Source: an uncultured Mycoplasmatota bacterium
GTDB lineage: Bacteria; Bacillota_I; Bacilli_A; RF39; UBA660
Direction: 5' to 3'
DNA length: 35,952 bases
Assembly (NCBI GenBank): GCA_947296775.1
Contig: CAMYRF010000002.1
Coordinates: 1 to 35,952, forward strand
This document shows positions 1 to 9,613 of this stretch, piece by piece. Under the pieces are notes generated by a model. The model was not told the origin of the DNA, made no database searches, and worked only from the letters and a program-made list of their open reading frames with translations. Positions within the stretch are counted from its first letter, which is position 1; each line of letters begins with the position of its first letter. Position numbers and translations under genes: made by a program.

Positions 1-55
1 CATGTTCCATCTTTCTTTTCATATACAAATCCAAGATTAAAACTATTAGAAGACT
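1..55. repeat. Terminal overlap copy 1, identical to 35898-35952
   Basis: catgttccatctttcttttcatatacaaatccaagattaaaactattagaagact is present at both window ends, compared by eye base by base. Confidence 0.95.
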
Positions 56-3000
56 GGTCTTGCCAAGCGTAAGTTGAAAAATAATACTTATCTCCTGCTG
101 CTACTGGAAACCATTTTCCATAGTAACCGTCACGATGATTGATCCCACCATAGTATTTTGATGGACTTGACCTATTTCCAGTTGAAGACGAAACGTTTTC
201 CCATCCATTAGTACTTCCATCCATAAAATCTGGATTACGGCAAATGTTGGATAAGTCACCTGCTGTTCCAAGCATTAAATTAATATTATTGGCTTGGGTC
301 GTGATTTGACCATGCAATCCATTAACTTTATCAGTTACTTCTCCTCTGAGCGTTGTAGCCGTTTGATTAATTTGTGATTGAAGATTTCCGTAGTTACCTG
401 AAACAGTAGATTGTAAACCTTGAAGAGTAGCGTTCAAGTCAATAATATTTTTAGCAACATCGTTAGGGTTTGATGACCATGTTCCTGCATATACACCTTC
501 AACTAAACGTTCATCTTTAACTTGAATAGTATGTTGCCCATTTTGACCACCCGACGAATAAACTGCTGATTGCAAGTACCATGTATTACTGTCTATTGAA
601 CCAGTAAGAAACACACGGACATCTTTTTGCCCTGGGTAAATGTAAGCAGATATTCCCAACATTCCATTAGATAATCTATTCTTGTTTTGATCACATCGCC
701 AGACTTGTAATTCAACCGGGACATCAGAAGTGTTATTGATAGTTGCCGCATAAGTAAACTGATCACCATTATGATAGTTTGCGACAGAGGTATACTCATC
801 AGAGCTTGTGTGAACTCCCATCCAACCATCGCCAGTTAATGTTCGATATTGGTCACTCGTATTATGAAGAAGATTACGAGCGCCTATTTTCAAATTTGTA
901 ATTTTAAGACTTAAGCTATCAGCTGTAGAAGTTAATTGATTCTGTACACCATTGACTTTATCTATAAGTTCAGTACGAACAGTAGATGAACTCTGGCTAA
1001 TCTGTGACTGCAAGTTTCCATAATTACTACCAACTGTTGAACGCAACCCATCTAATGATTGTGATAGTTCGGAAAACGAAACTTGAGTGGCTAAATCAAA
1101 AGGAGATGGCGACCAAGGAGTATCCACATATCCTTCTTCAATTTTGACATGCTTAATTTTTAACAGCGTTGAATTGGCTGCATAAATAACCCAATTTCCA
1201 CTAATTTTATTAACATGAATTGTATTTGATATTCTTTGCCAATTATCAGTTAAATCAACCCGATTTAAAGTACTAGAATCGTTTCCTTCATAGCGAAACC
1301 AATCTCCTAAAATATATCCGTTGCCTGCAACATCAGCAGAAATTGTATACGTTTTTCCTATTTCTGGAGTAAATGTTCCAAACCAAGGACCAATAAAACT
1401 TGGTTGACTAGCAGTATGCTGAATATAATTTGTTTCATTATCGTATTTTTGCAACGATTGTACTCCACCATTGCTTTGAAGTGGAAAGTTAAATTTTGCT
1501 GTGCCTTGAACTAAATTCACTCCACCACCATTGAACATAGGGATAGTGGTTTGTTGCACCTTTCGAAGAAAACCATCAGCAGTTTGTAAGAATCCTGAAT
1601 TCGTAAGAATATTACTTAGCCCTTGCCAATTACCGTCACTCTTGATCGCGTTAACAGCATCATTTTTAGCGACATCAGCTTTAGTATCAGTCTCTGATTT
1701 GGTGTAGTAGCTACTAAATTGTTGGCTAGTAACGTTAACCCGAGCAGATAATTCATTTAAGTCATGATTTATATCACTTGCATTAGGCCCCCAAGTTCCA
1801 ATTGTGTTACCAACAACAGCAAAGGGTAAAGCTACATAAATATTTCCCTTGTTACCAACGCAGCCCCACAAATAAAAGTCATGGTGATTAATATCTCTAT
1901 GACCAGAAAATTTATAAGCTTGCCATTTGGTAGTGAGGCTTTGATCTGTATAACCTCCACCTCCCCATAATTCTGTATGCATTTTATCTCCAGCATTATC
2001 TGCTTTGGCATAAACTACCCATGTTACTAGATCATCGTTATATGGACCATCTAAATAAGTAGTAAGTTGTCCGCCGTCTACACCAGCGCCTCCAAGAATA
2101 GCAATTCTACCATCAAGATATTTGTCCGCTGTAACAGTAACTGAATAACCTTTAATCCATCCGTCAAATGTGTCTGAATGGTGGAGAAGATTACTCGTTC
2201 CAATTTTCAAATTATTCATTCGGTCAGTAACGCTATTTAAATCAAATCGTAATCCATTAGCCGTAGCCTGCACATCTACAGTTTTGGCGTAACCATTCAA
2301 GTCACTAGCAGTTAACCGAGCATTCAAGGCTTGATTAGTCAGATTAACAAAATTCGTGTAGGTAGTATTATCAACTTTACCAGCCAACATCGTCTGTAAA
2401 TTCTGTGCATCAAGCTTTAACTGGGCAATATCGCCGTTAGCAGTACCAACAGTGGTCTGTAGACCTTTTACGTCAACTTTTGTGGAATTAACATCTCCTG
2501 CTAAATTGGCGTAATTGATGTTTAAGCCTTTAACCGTGTTAGACACATCAGCAATATCTTTGCCTTGTTGTTGTGCCTGCTTAGTTAAATCAGCAATTGA
2601 ATTTTGAGCAGAGATATACTTTTGCAGTGCATCAGACGCATCAGCCATTACCTTATTCAAGTTAGGAACAACACTGTTATCATACTGGCCTTGCAGATTA
2701 GTTACCGAATCGTTTAGCTTTTGCAAGCTTTCATCGGCAACTTTTTTATTGTCCTCAATCGATTTATTGAGGTTCTCAATGTCAGTATCGGCTTTTTGCT
2801 TGTTGTTGATGATGTCTGCTTTGGCTTGATTGAGGCCTTGCTGAGCTTCCTTGACTTGGTTCTCCACTACATGTAAATCACGAGTAGATTGAATAAACAC
2901 CCAACCACCATTGTGATATTGATACATATCAGTTTCACTATTACCTAAGTCTTTATACCAAATATCACCTTCAACTGGTGCTAATGGCTGAACACTAGAA

Positions 3001-4190
3001 TAATAATTATTGTTTTTCCCATTAGCAGCAATAGCAGCATGACCAGCAGTCTCTCTGGCCTCGTTAGCAATTTCATCAACTTTAATCAGCGAGCTAGTAA
3101 TACTATGACTGCTAAAATCATCTCCTAGTTCAATCTGGTTATCATTTTCATTGAGTAAGTTATGCTTGACCTTGTAGACCCGTGTGAAATACTCAATTTT
3201 TAAGTCATGGCGAATAATTGCAACTGTATCGCCAAGACCTAATTGGCCCACATCAGTAACATCAGCTTTAAAACTTACTTTGGGACGCTTTAATGATTGC
3301 AAGGCCTGCCAAGTAGCATTGATTAACTCAACTGGATCTTCAATGTCTTCAAAAACAGTTAAGCCAATCCGAGGATTACCATCACTAAAGCCATAAAGTG
3401 CTGTTGCTTCTGGATCAACCAAATACTCCTGACCTGCTGGCTTGTCGACTGGATGACCATCCTTTTTAGTCCAAACTACATCGGCAAAAGTAATTCGCCG
3501 TCCATAGCCATCAGGAGTATCATCGTGACCTTCTGAAACTAACTCACCTTTACCGCGACCAACCAGTGCCGTGATTAATTCCTGGCTATCCTGTTCTTGT
3601 TGTACTGTCAGCAAGTTAGAGCCATATTCAAAGCGTTTACCCGTTCGCTGTCCTTGTTCTGTATAGACATTAACCTGACGACGAGTAATTTTATTGCTCT
3701 TGGAATCAATCGTGACCTCAAAAGTTAGTTCAATATTAAAAAGCCCTACAATTTTCTGTAGAGCTTCAAGATAACTAATATAGTAAAAATTTGTTGACTG
3801 GTGATTAGTCTCCGGAACATTACCCAGTGTCCAACGTGTTGGTTCAAGAACCATCTTTAGCATTTCTTCAGCGGTTCGGTCATTCGGGCGAATATCTTTA
3901 ATATAGCCGTATTGCTTTAATTCATCGTACGCTTCTTCAATCCCTTGGTACTCAATTCGATCGTTTTGTACCCGTTCACTAAGAAGCTTAAACAATAAAT
4001 ATTTTTGCTTACTGTGTGGTGTTGGAATTGCAACATAGTAAATGTTATCCGCAATACAATCTTTTAAGGGCATGGAGAAATTGATCTGATTAGCTGCATT
4101 AATTTCTTCCGTCATTTCAGCTTCAATGAAATCATTATCCTTGAGCCAACGTCTGACACGTTGCTTTTTATCTAATAGATACATTCTCAT
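1..4190 (-). CDS. Tal / baseplate receptor-binding protein, N-terminal 1396 codons of a 1855-aa ORF that continues across the circular junction into 35897->34520
   Basis: The ATG at 4190-4188 overlaps the Dit stop as ATGA. Hand translation of the minus strand stays open from 4190 to position 1, and (4190+35897-35710) is divisible by 3, so it is in frame with ORF 34520..35710. The track lacks it only because no stop is reached before the window edge. The N-terminus (MRMYLLDKKQRVRRW...) looks like a siphovirus Tal domain. It is followed by a long coiled coil and repeated jelly-roll/CBM-like modules. Confidence 0.85.
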   Translation of the reverse strand, partial: MRMYLLDKKQRVRRWLKDNDFIEAEMTEEINAANQINFSMPLKDCIADNIYYVAIPTPHSKQKYLLFKLLSERVQNDRIEYQGIEEAYDELKQYGYIKDIRPNDRTAEEMLKMVLEPTRWTLGNVPETNHQSTNFYYISYLEALQKIVGLFNIELTFEVTIDSKSNKITRRQVNVYTEQGQRTGKRFEYGSNLLTVQQEQDSQELITALVGRGKGELVSEGHDDTPDGYGRRITFADVVWTKKDGHPVDKPAGQEYLVDPEATALYGFSDGNPRIGLTVFEDIEDPVELINATWQALQSLKRPKVSFKADVTDVGQLGLGDTVAIIRHDLKIEYFTRVYKVKHNLLNENDNQIELGDDFSSHSITSSLIKVDEIANEARETAGHAAIAANGKNNNYYSSVQPLAPVEGDIWYKDLGNSETDMYQYHNGGWVFIQSTRDLHVVENQVKEAQQGLNQAKADIINNKQKADTDIENLNKSIEDNKKVADESLQKLNDSVTNLQGQYDNSVVPNLNKVMADASDALQKYISAQNSIADLTKQAQQQGKDIADVSNTVKGLNINYANLAGDVNSTKVDVKGLQTTVGTANGDIAQLKLDAQNLQTMLAGKVDNTTYTNFVNLTNQALNARLTASDLNGYAKTVDVQATANGLRFDLNSVTDRMNNLKIGTSNLLHHSDTFDGWIKGYSVTVTADKYLDGRIAILGGAGVDGGQLTTYLDGPYNDDLVTWVVYAKADNAGDKMHTELWGGGGYTDQSLTTKWQAYKFSGHRDINHHDFYLWGCVGNKGNIYVALPFAVVGNTIGTWGPNASDINHDLNELSARVNVTSQQFSSYYTKSETDTKADVAKNDAVNAIKSDGNWQGLSNILTNSGFLQTADGFLRKVQQTTIPMFNGGGVNLVQGTAKFNFPLQSNGGVQSLQKYDNETNYIQHTASQPSFIGPWFGTFTPEIGKTYTISADVAGNGYILGDWFRYEGNDSSTLNRVDLTDNWQRISNTIHVNKISGNWVIYAANSTLLKIKHVKIEEGYVDTPWSPSPFDLATQVSFSELSQSLDGLRSTVGSNYGNLQSQISQSSSTVRTELIDKVNGVQNQLTSTADSLSLKITNLKIGARNLLHNTSDQYRTLTGDGWMGVHTSSDEYTSVANYHNGDQFTYAATINNTSDVPVELQVWRCDQNKNRLSNGMLGISAYIYPGQKDVRVFLTGSIDSNTWYLQSAVYSSGGQNGQHTIQVKDERLVEGVYAGTWSSNPNDVAKNIIDLNATLQGLQSTVSGNYGNLQSQINQTATTLRGEVTDKVNGLHGQITTQANNINLMLGTAGDLSNICRNPDFMDGSTNGWENVSSSTGNRSSPSKYYGGINHRDGYYGKWFPVAAGDKYYFSTYAWQDQSSNSFNLGFVYEKKDGT

Positions 4191-4978
4191 AATTTCTTCA
4201 CCCTATACCTAATTTTATATTTTCCGTTTGTCGAAAAACGAATCGTATCACCGTCCTTGATATAGAAATCGCCAAGGTTACTATCCAAAGTGACATTCAT
4301 TAATGCCGAAACTTCATTAATAACAACATCAAGCGCATTAAAATCAATCAACACCTTGGCATTAGCAGTAATTCCTTGATTAATCTCAATCTTCTTATCC
4401 CCGTTTGAAACAGTCAAAGAACCGATGTCAGCACTAGGATTAAAAATAATCGTTTCTGGAGTTTGACCATAATTTATTCCTGCATTTGGAAATTGGAAAC
4501 TATTACCGGTTCCCGAAGCGAGTTGGTCACTACTATAAGCAAACGGGTCACTGCATTCGATTGTTATCGTCCCAACATCGTTTAAAATATCATTTTCCAT
4601 TTTAATTTCAGTCACTGTTCCGGTATAAACAGCTTCTGGATAATCAGCAAAATATAACCGTTGATGTGGTTTCGATAAAATGATATTTAGCTGCTCCATC
4701 TGTCTGTTATATTCAGCGATGGATTCTGTCTTAATCAAAAACTTAACTTCGATAACTCGTCGTTCTAGTTTTGATGATAAATACATATTCCCATCGCCAG
4801 TTAAATCTACATCATTAATTTTCCGGGAAAACGTATGTCGACCACTCACGACTAAAGTGGTATAGCCAGTAATTTCATCATCTAACCAGTGACCACCGTA
4901 ATTAATTGCTTCCACCGGGCGAGTGGGACTATTAATTGATGGATTAATATCCATGTTAGTAAAACCATACATAACCAT
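4187..4978 (-). CDS. Distal tail protein (Dit)
   Basis: A 263-aa ORF lying directly between the tape measure and Tal, with SD ggagg upstream and an ATGA overlap with Tal. Called on position and size. Confidence 0.75.
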   Translation of the reverse strand: MVMYGFTNMDINPSINSPTRPVEAINYGGHWLDDEITGYTTLVVSGRHTFSRKINDVDLTGDGNMYLSSKLERRVIEVKFLIKTESIAEYNRQMEQLNIILSKPHQRLYFADYPEAVYTGTVTEIKMENDILNDVGTITIECSDPFAYSSDQLASGTGNSFQFPNAGINYGQTPETIIFNPSADIGSLTVSNGDKKIEINQGITANAKVLIDFNALDVVINEVSALMNVTLDSNLGDFYIKDGDTIRFSTNGKYKIRYRVKKL

Positions 4979-4984
4979 TACCTC

Positions 4985-7900
4985 CTAAAATCTATACTTA
5001 TTCAATGAAGTTTGCGCACCTTGTTCACGGCTAATATCATCAACAAATGCCCTATACTCTGTTCCGCCCAGTGAAAGGTTAATATAGGCCGGTTGTTGAT
5101 TTATATTAAGTTGGTGGTCGATTGTCCCACCAATGTTATTACTAATATTGCCGTGGCTAAGTACGCCGTTAATTGAACTACTAATATCAACAGATGGCAT
5201 TGCGTGAGCAGCAAGATTATTAGCTGCCTTATCAATCAAATTGGTGTTATCGTTCATACCTTTGGCGAATCCAGCTACAACATAGTACCCAACCTGGTCT
5301 CGCATAACACGGGATGGTGAATGGATTCCTAAAGCAGATTTAGCAGCGTTCATCGCAGAACGAGCCATATTTGCAGCTGCACTAGCAGCAGCGCCAATAG
5401 CCCCACGAATACCATTTACAAATCCCATAACGAAATTGCGACCTGCAGAAACCATTCCGCTTGCTGCTGATCGAACAACATTAACAGCACCATGAATACC
5501 GCTGGAGGTTACAGAACGAGCTGCATTCCATCCAGAACTAAATACAGAACGAACAGTACTCATCATGCTTGATACAACGGATCGAATTCCACTCATACCG
5601 CTTGATACAACTGATTTAATTCCATTCCAAACTGAGGAAGAAATACTCTTAATCCCGTTCCAAGAAGAACTCCACATCGATTTAATTCCACTAAGAATGC
5701 TATTAATTACTGACCTAACTGCATTAAAGATCGTTGTAACTATAGTTTTAATACCGTTCCAAACAGTCGAAACGACACCCTTAATTTCGTTCCAAGCACC
5801 GGACCAGTCTCCTTTGATTGCTGCAGTAACAGCCCGGATAATTCCGGCCACTGCATTAATAGCAGTAGAAACAATTGTTGAGATAACTGTCCATACAGCT
5901 TGGACCACAGTCTTAATCACGTCCCAAGCGGTTGACCAGATAGTTTGAACATTCAGCATGGTTGTTTGGATGATTTGTGAGATAACTTGAATTGCGGTCT
6001 GAACCACAGTCTTAATATTGTCCCAAACTGTTTGAATTACGGTTACTAATGTTTGCCAAATTGCTTGAGCTACTGTGACTATTCCTTGCCATAACTGACT
6101 AAAGAATGGTTGTAATGCCTGCCAAGTGGCCTTAATTGTTTCAATAATCGGTGTAAAGATAGTGACAAGTGTGTTCCAAATACCTTGAGCAACCGTCACA
6201 ATACCCTGCCATAGCGTACTAAAGAATTCACTAAGAGCACTCCATAAGCTCTTAATAGATTCAATAATTGGAGTCATTCCCTGAACAAAGCTATTCCAAA
6301 CACCTTGAGCGGTAGTAACTATTCCTTGCCACAATTGACCGAAGAAATCTTTAATACCATTCCAAATATTCTTCACCGCTTCAACTACGGGAGCAAAGAA
6401 TTGTGCAAATCCATTCCACAATGACTTAGCAGTAGTGACAATATTTTGCCATAACTGACTAAACCAATTAGTCAACCCATTCCACAATCCTTTAATTGTT
6501 TCAACAGGATGTGTTACTGCTTGACCTATTGCATTCCAAACGGTAGAAGCTAGTTGTTTTAAACTAGCCCATGCTTGCTTTAACCAGTTTACAAAGTTAG
6601 ACCATATTTGTTGACCTAATTTTGTTTTAGTAAAGAAGAGAACCAAAGCGGCAACTACAGCGGCTACAACAGCGATAATTGCCGTTAATGCTGCCGCGCT
6701 AATACCGAGAGCCGTAGCAAGAGTAGTAAATGCCGCCCCTACAGCTCCAACGACAGTAGATAGACCTGTAAATATCGCACTAACAACCTTAAAACCCATC
6801 AGAGCAGTTTTAACTATTAGTGATTGAGATTTAAGAGCCTCCAACGCCGAAATTACCTTAGTAATACTTCCGCCAGACTGTCCCAGAACAACTAGCACTC
6901 GGCCAATATTACCAATTGTTCCAATTACCTTACCACCAAGGCTAATCATCTTCCCATAGCCGGAAAGAATACCACCAATAGCAGTTGCAGCAGCACCAAT
7001 TACCGGTGACAAACCAATGAAGCTTCTAATTACTCCTGCTGTACTGCTTTGCGATTTAGTAGCCCAGTCTAAAGTATTTTTAATCATACCAAGATATTGA
7101 TTATTAATCCTTTGAGCAGATTGCATTGAAGTATTGCGAAGTGATTCCCAAGCACCTCCAACTTGTTCTAACGATGCACCAATATTCTTTTGCATTTCTG
7201 AAGCTTGATTTTTCAAATAACTTGTTGCTGCCGCAGTGGAGATTGCTGCTTTGTCTTGTTCGGCAGCGTACGCAGACCAACTATTTTTAGCATCACCAGT
7301 TGTATTAGTTACAGCTTCTAGTAACGGGACGATAGCTTTCATACCTGCTGCACCAAACATGGCTTTCAATGCTGCCGTTTTTTGAGCATCACCCATTCCG
7401 TTAGTTTTATCCGCAATTTCTTGAAGAATTTGTGGAAATGGTTTCATCTTTCCAGAACTATCAACAAAGGAAAGTCCTAACGCATCCATTTGCTTCTTGG
7501 CAATAGAGGAAGGAGCTAACATCTGAGTAATAGCATGGTTAAGATCATCTGAAGCCTGTGCAGCCGAGAAACCACGATTGGTTAATAACCCAATCGCTTC
7601 AGCTGTTGTACCCATATCCATGCCAGCCATCTTAGCAGTCGAACCAATAGTGGCAAGAGCTTGTTGCATATCCTCAATTGACGCATTAGAAGCATTCGCC
7701 GTCTGAACTAAAATAGCTGCAGCTTGTTCTGGTGACTTTAAACTATCACTCCAGATGTTCATTGATTGTTGAACAACTCCAGCGGTAGTTTGCAAGTCTG
7801 AGCCAGCAGCTGTTGAAGCTTCTGCGATTGCTGGAAACTGCTTTTTGATGTCATCAAGCGATGCACCATTTCGCGCCATTTCTAGCATCGCATTGGCTGC

Positions 7901-8218
7901 TTCTTGAGCACTCAACGGAAGGTCTTCACCCATCTGATTTGCCACATCGGCAAGCCCTTTGATATCTTTTGAAGTTCCACCCGCGACAACTGCAGTAGTG
8001 TTCAAAGTTTGTTGGAAATCACCAAAACCCTTTAACGCTTTAGTACCCATCGCAGTAGTAGCAGCACCAGCAACTTTCATCGCAGTACCAACACCCTGCA
8101 TTTTAGAATTTACAGCGTTTCCAAACGATTGAGTAGCCTGTCCAGCTCTAGCCAACGTTGAACTAAAGGATTGATCGACTGCAGATAAAATCGCTCTAAC
8201 ACTATAACTATCAGCCAT
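4985..8218 (-). CDS. Tape measure protein (1077 aa) with internal 40-aa tandem repeats
   Basis: Called on size, position after the chaperone pair, an Ala/Gly-rich N-terminal half, a hydrophobic central segment and W/F-periodic repeats. Confidence 0.9.
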   Translation of the reverse strand: MADSYSVRAILSAVDQSFSSTLARAGQATQSFGNAVNSKMQGVGTAMKVAGAATTAMGTKALKGFGDFQQTLNTTAVVAGGTSKDIKGLADVANQMGEDLPLSAQEAANAMLEMARNGASLDDIKKQFPAIAEASTAAGSDLQTTAGVVQQSMNIWSDSLKSPEQAAAILVQTANASNASIEDMQQALATIGSTAKMAGMDMGTTAEAIGLLTNRGFSAAQASDDLNHAITQMLAPSSIAKKQMDALGLSFVDSSGKMKPFPQILQEIADKTNGMGDAQKTAALKAMFGAAGMKAIVPLLEAVTNTTGDAKNSWSAYAAEQDKAAISTAAATSYLKNQASEMQKNIGASLEQVGGAWESLRNTSMQSAQRINNQYLGMIKNTLDWATKSQSSTAGVIRSFIGLSPVIGAAATAIGGILSGYGKMISLGGKVIGTIGNIGRVLVVLGQSGGSITKVISALEALKSQSLIVKTALMGFKVVSAIFTGLSTVVGAVGAAFTTLATALGISAAALTAIIAVVAAVVAALVLFFTKTKLGQQIWSNFVNWLKQAWASLKQLASTVWNAIGQAVTHPVETIKGLWNGLTNWFSQLWQNIVTTAKSLWNGFAQFFAPVVEAVKNIWNGIKDFFGQLWQGIVTTAQGVWNSFVQGMTPIIESIKSLWSALSEFFSTLWQGIVTVAQGIWNTLVTIFTPIIETIKATWQALQPFFSQLWQGIVTVAQAIWQTLVTVIQTVWDNIKTVVQTAIQVISQIIQTTMLNVQTIWSTAWDVIKTVVQAVWTVISTIVSTAINAVAGIIRAVTAAIKGDWSGAWNEIKGVVSTVWNGIKTIVTTIFNAVRSVINSILSGIKSMWSSSWNGIKSISSSVWNGIKSVVSSGMSGIRSVVSSMMSTVRSVFSSGWNAARSVTSSGIHGAVNVVRSAASGMVSAGRNFVMGFVNGIRGAIGAAASAAANMARSAMNAAKSALGIHSPSRVMRDQVGYYVVAGFAKGMNDNTNLIDKAANNLAAHAMPSVDISSSINGVLSHGNISNNIGGTIDHQLNINQQPAYINLSLGGTEYRAFVDDISREQGAQTSLNKYRF

Positions 8219-8669
8219 TGTTCATCCCCCTTTCTTTAAGTGGGACGATTTTTCCAGTCGCTTTTAGTTTCTTAAATTCTTCCAGTCGACGATTAAAAAT
8301 TTGTGCTCGGTCAATCGCTTTAGTAGCACTAGCTCGTGGACTATAATCAGCTTCAAAACTAGAACGAATTTGATCAATCAGTTTTTGAGAATCAAAAAAG
8401 TCTTTAAATTCACTAAAGACGGGTTTAGGATGCTTTGCACTTCCTTTAGTTGCCTGAACGCTTTGAATCCACCAAGCAAGAGTCGCAAGATTTTCCTGCT
8501 CTCTAACCTGATGAATCTTATATGCTTCAAGTCGCAATTGATACTCTCTTAAAGTCATTCGTTCAATATCTTCAATATTAGAAAAGCCTAGAAGAGCTAG
8601 GCCATTTAGCAGTATTTCGTGATACTGCTGTTCACTTGTCTGCGGCTCTTCTAGGGCTTCATGTTTTTT
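8211..8669 (-). CDS. gpT-like -1 frame extension, the C-terminal part of the G-T fusion chaperone
   Basis: The frame of ORF 8211..8558 stays open upstream (…HEALEEPQTSEQQYHEILLNGLALLGFSNIEDIER-MTLREYQ…) back to the slippery site. No convincing SD precedes the track's Met. Confidence 0.7.
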   Translation of the reverse strand, partial: KKHEALEEPQTSEQQYHEILLNGLALLGFSNIEDIERMTLREYQLRLEAYKIHQVREQENLATLAWWIQSVQATKGSAKHPKPVFSEFKDFFDSQKLIDQIRSSFEADYSPRASATKAIDRAQIFNRRLEEFKKLKATGKIVPLKERGMNNG

Positions 8670-8983
8670 GCTGCTACCTTAACAGCATTTGAGTCATTAA
8701 TTTCCTTTTGAACTTCGTCAAATACCTTTTCTAAGTTTTCACAATTATCAATGAAGTCATCGATTGTATTCTGCGTTGGCCGTGGCTTTACTCCATAAGC
8801 GGCAGAGTAAATTACATCACTTAAAACTGCTGGATCATAAGCTTGTAAAGCAGGCAAAGACTTAGTTAATCCAAAGCCAAAAGATTGGCCATTAACTGAC
8901 ATCCCCGCAACCTTATCAAGTTCACGAACAAAACGCACACCAAAGTTTAATTGAACTGTCTTATCGTTTAATTTAATTTCCAT
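8651..8983 (-). CDS. Tail assembly chaperone (gpG-like)
   Basis: A 110-aa ORF between the major tail protein and the tape measure. It ends 12 nt after a slippery heptamer. Confidence 0.8.
   Translation of the reverse strand: MEIKLNDKTVQLNFGVRFVRELDKVAGMSVNGQSFGFGLTKSLPALQAYDPAVLSDVIYSAAYGVKPRPTQNTIDDFIDNCENLEKVFDEVQKEINDSNAVKVAAKNMKP
8663..8669 (-). promoter_or_regulatory. Programmed -1 frameshift slippery heptamer A AAA AAC
   Basis: The minus strand reads GCA GCA AAA AAC ATG AAG CCC TAG. The heptamer is in the X XXY YYZ register of the G frame. The -1 frame is open from here to 8211. Confidence 0.75.
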
Positions 8984-9013
8984 AATTATTCTTCTCCTTC
9001 ATTCTTTTCTGAA

Positions 9014-9598
9014 TTATTTACTCGCTGGGGCTGTATCTGAACCTTTACCAGCATCTTCAGCAGTAAAGGCAGTACCACCACCAGTCTTATCTTGTTCTGT
9101 AACTTGACCGATACCTTGGAAGACATAAGATAATTCTTCTTCCGCATCATCTGGTAGTGTTAACCATCCACGTTGGGGTTCGCCTTTGATGGTGAAAGTT
9201 ACATCACGAGTTGAGTTGTCATCCGGATCGTTCTCATTTTCATCTTCGGATACAATCCCACGCATGTACCAAGCAAAATATTGACCTTGTGGATTGCGCC
9301 GCTTCCGGTATACAATCCATACTTCAATATCCTTATTCTTCAAGAGCGAGGTCATTAGATCATCCGACACCTTACTAATGTTATGCACAAACTCAATTTC
9401 TAAATCAGTTTCTAATGAAGAAGTAGTAGGAACCCCTCCCTGTTTAGTTTGTGTAGTATCTGTATCACGTTGTGGATCAAAGTCCAGTGATGTTTGGTAA
9501 GGGATAAGTTGGCCACGTTCTTTTGCCGCATTTTCAAGCAAACGAACGTAAGCAACTGTATCAATACCTTGTAAATATTGAATATCGTTATTTGCCAT
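9014..9598 (-). CDS. Major tail protein
   Basis: A 194-aa ORF just upstream of the chaperone pair with a strong SD. The sequence resembles TP901-1/phi13-type major tail proteins, recalled from memory. Confidence 0.8.
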   Translation of the reverse strand: MANNDIQYLQGIDTVAYVRLLENAAKERGQLIPYQTSLDFDPQRDTDTTQTKQGGVPTTSSLETDLEIEFVHNISKVSDDLMTSLLKNKDIEVWIVYRKRRNPQGQYFAWYMRGIVSEDENENDPDDNSTRDVTFTIKGEPQRGWLTLPDDAEEELSYVFQGIGQVTEQDKTGGGTAFTAEDAGKGSDTAPASK

Positions 9599-9613
9599 TT
9601 ATTTTCATCCTTT

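Noticed and set aside
593-829. 78-aa minus ORF, together with the 70-aa plus ORF at 3184..3396.
   Set aside because: These are alternative-frame or antisense shadows inside the Tal coding sequence. They have no SD and low-complexity translations.
1-4186. A 4.2-kb stretch with no long ORF in the track, which could be taken for non-coding or RNA-rich DNA.
   Set aside because: It is the 5' three-quarters of a single minus-strand ORF that runs off the window edge, so no stop is reached and it is not reported. Hand translation is open throughout and in frame with 34520..35710 across the circular junction.
5565-5948. 127-aa plus-strand ORF antisense to the tape measure. The same applies to 4680..4865, 8301..8552, 9294..9500, 9865..10050, 10837..11055, 13997..14191, 18926..19123, 19717..19908, 21536..21718, 24825..25019, 34910..35116 and 34980..35345.
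   Set aside because: All are antisense shadow ORFs within well-supported minus-strand genes. The one at 5565 simply mirrors the TMP repeats. None has an SD or genomic context.
5500-6560. Regularly spaced DNA repeats that might be mistaken for a CRISPR-like or satellite array.
   Set aside because: The repeats are in frame, 120 bp long, diverged and lie inside the tape measure ORF. There is no repeat-spacer structure, and no cas genes occur anywhere in the window.
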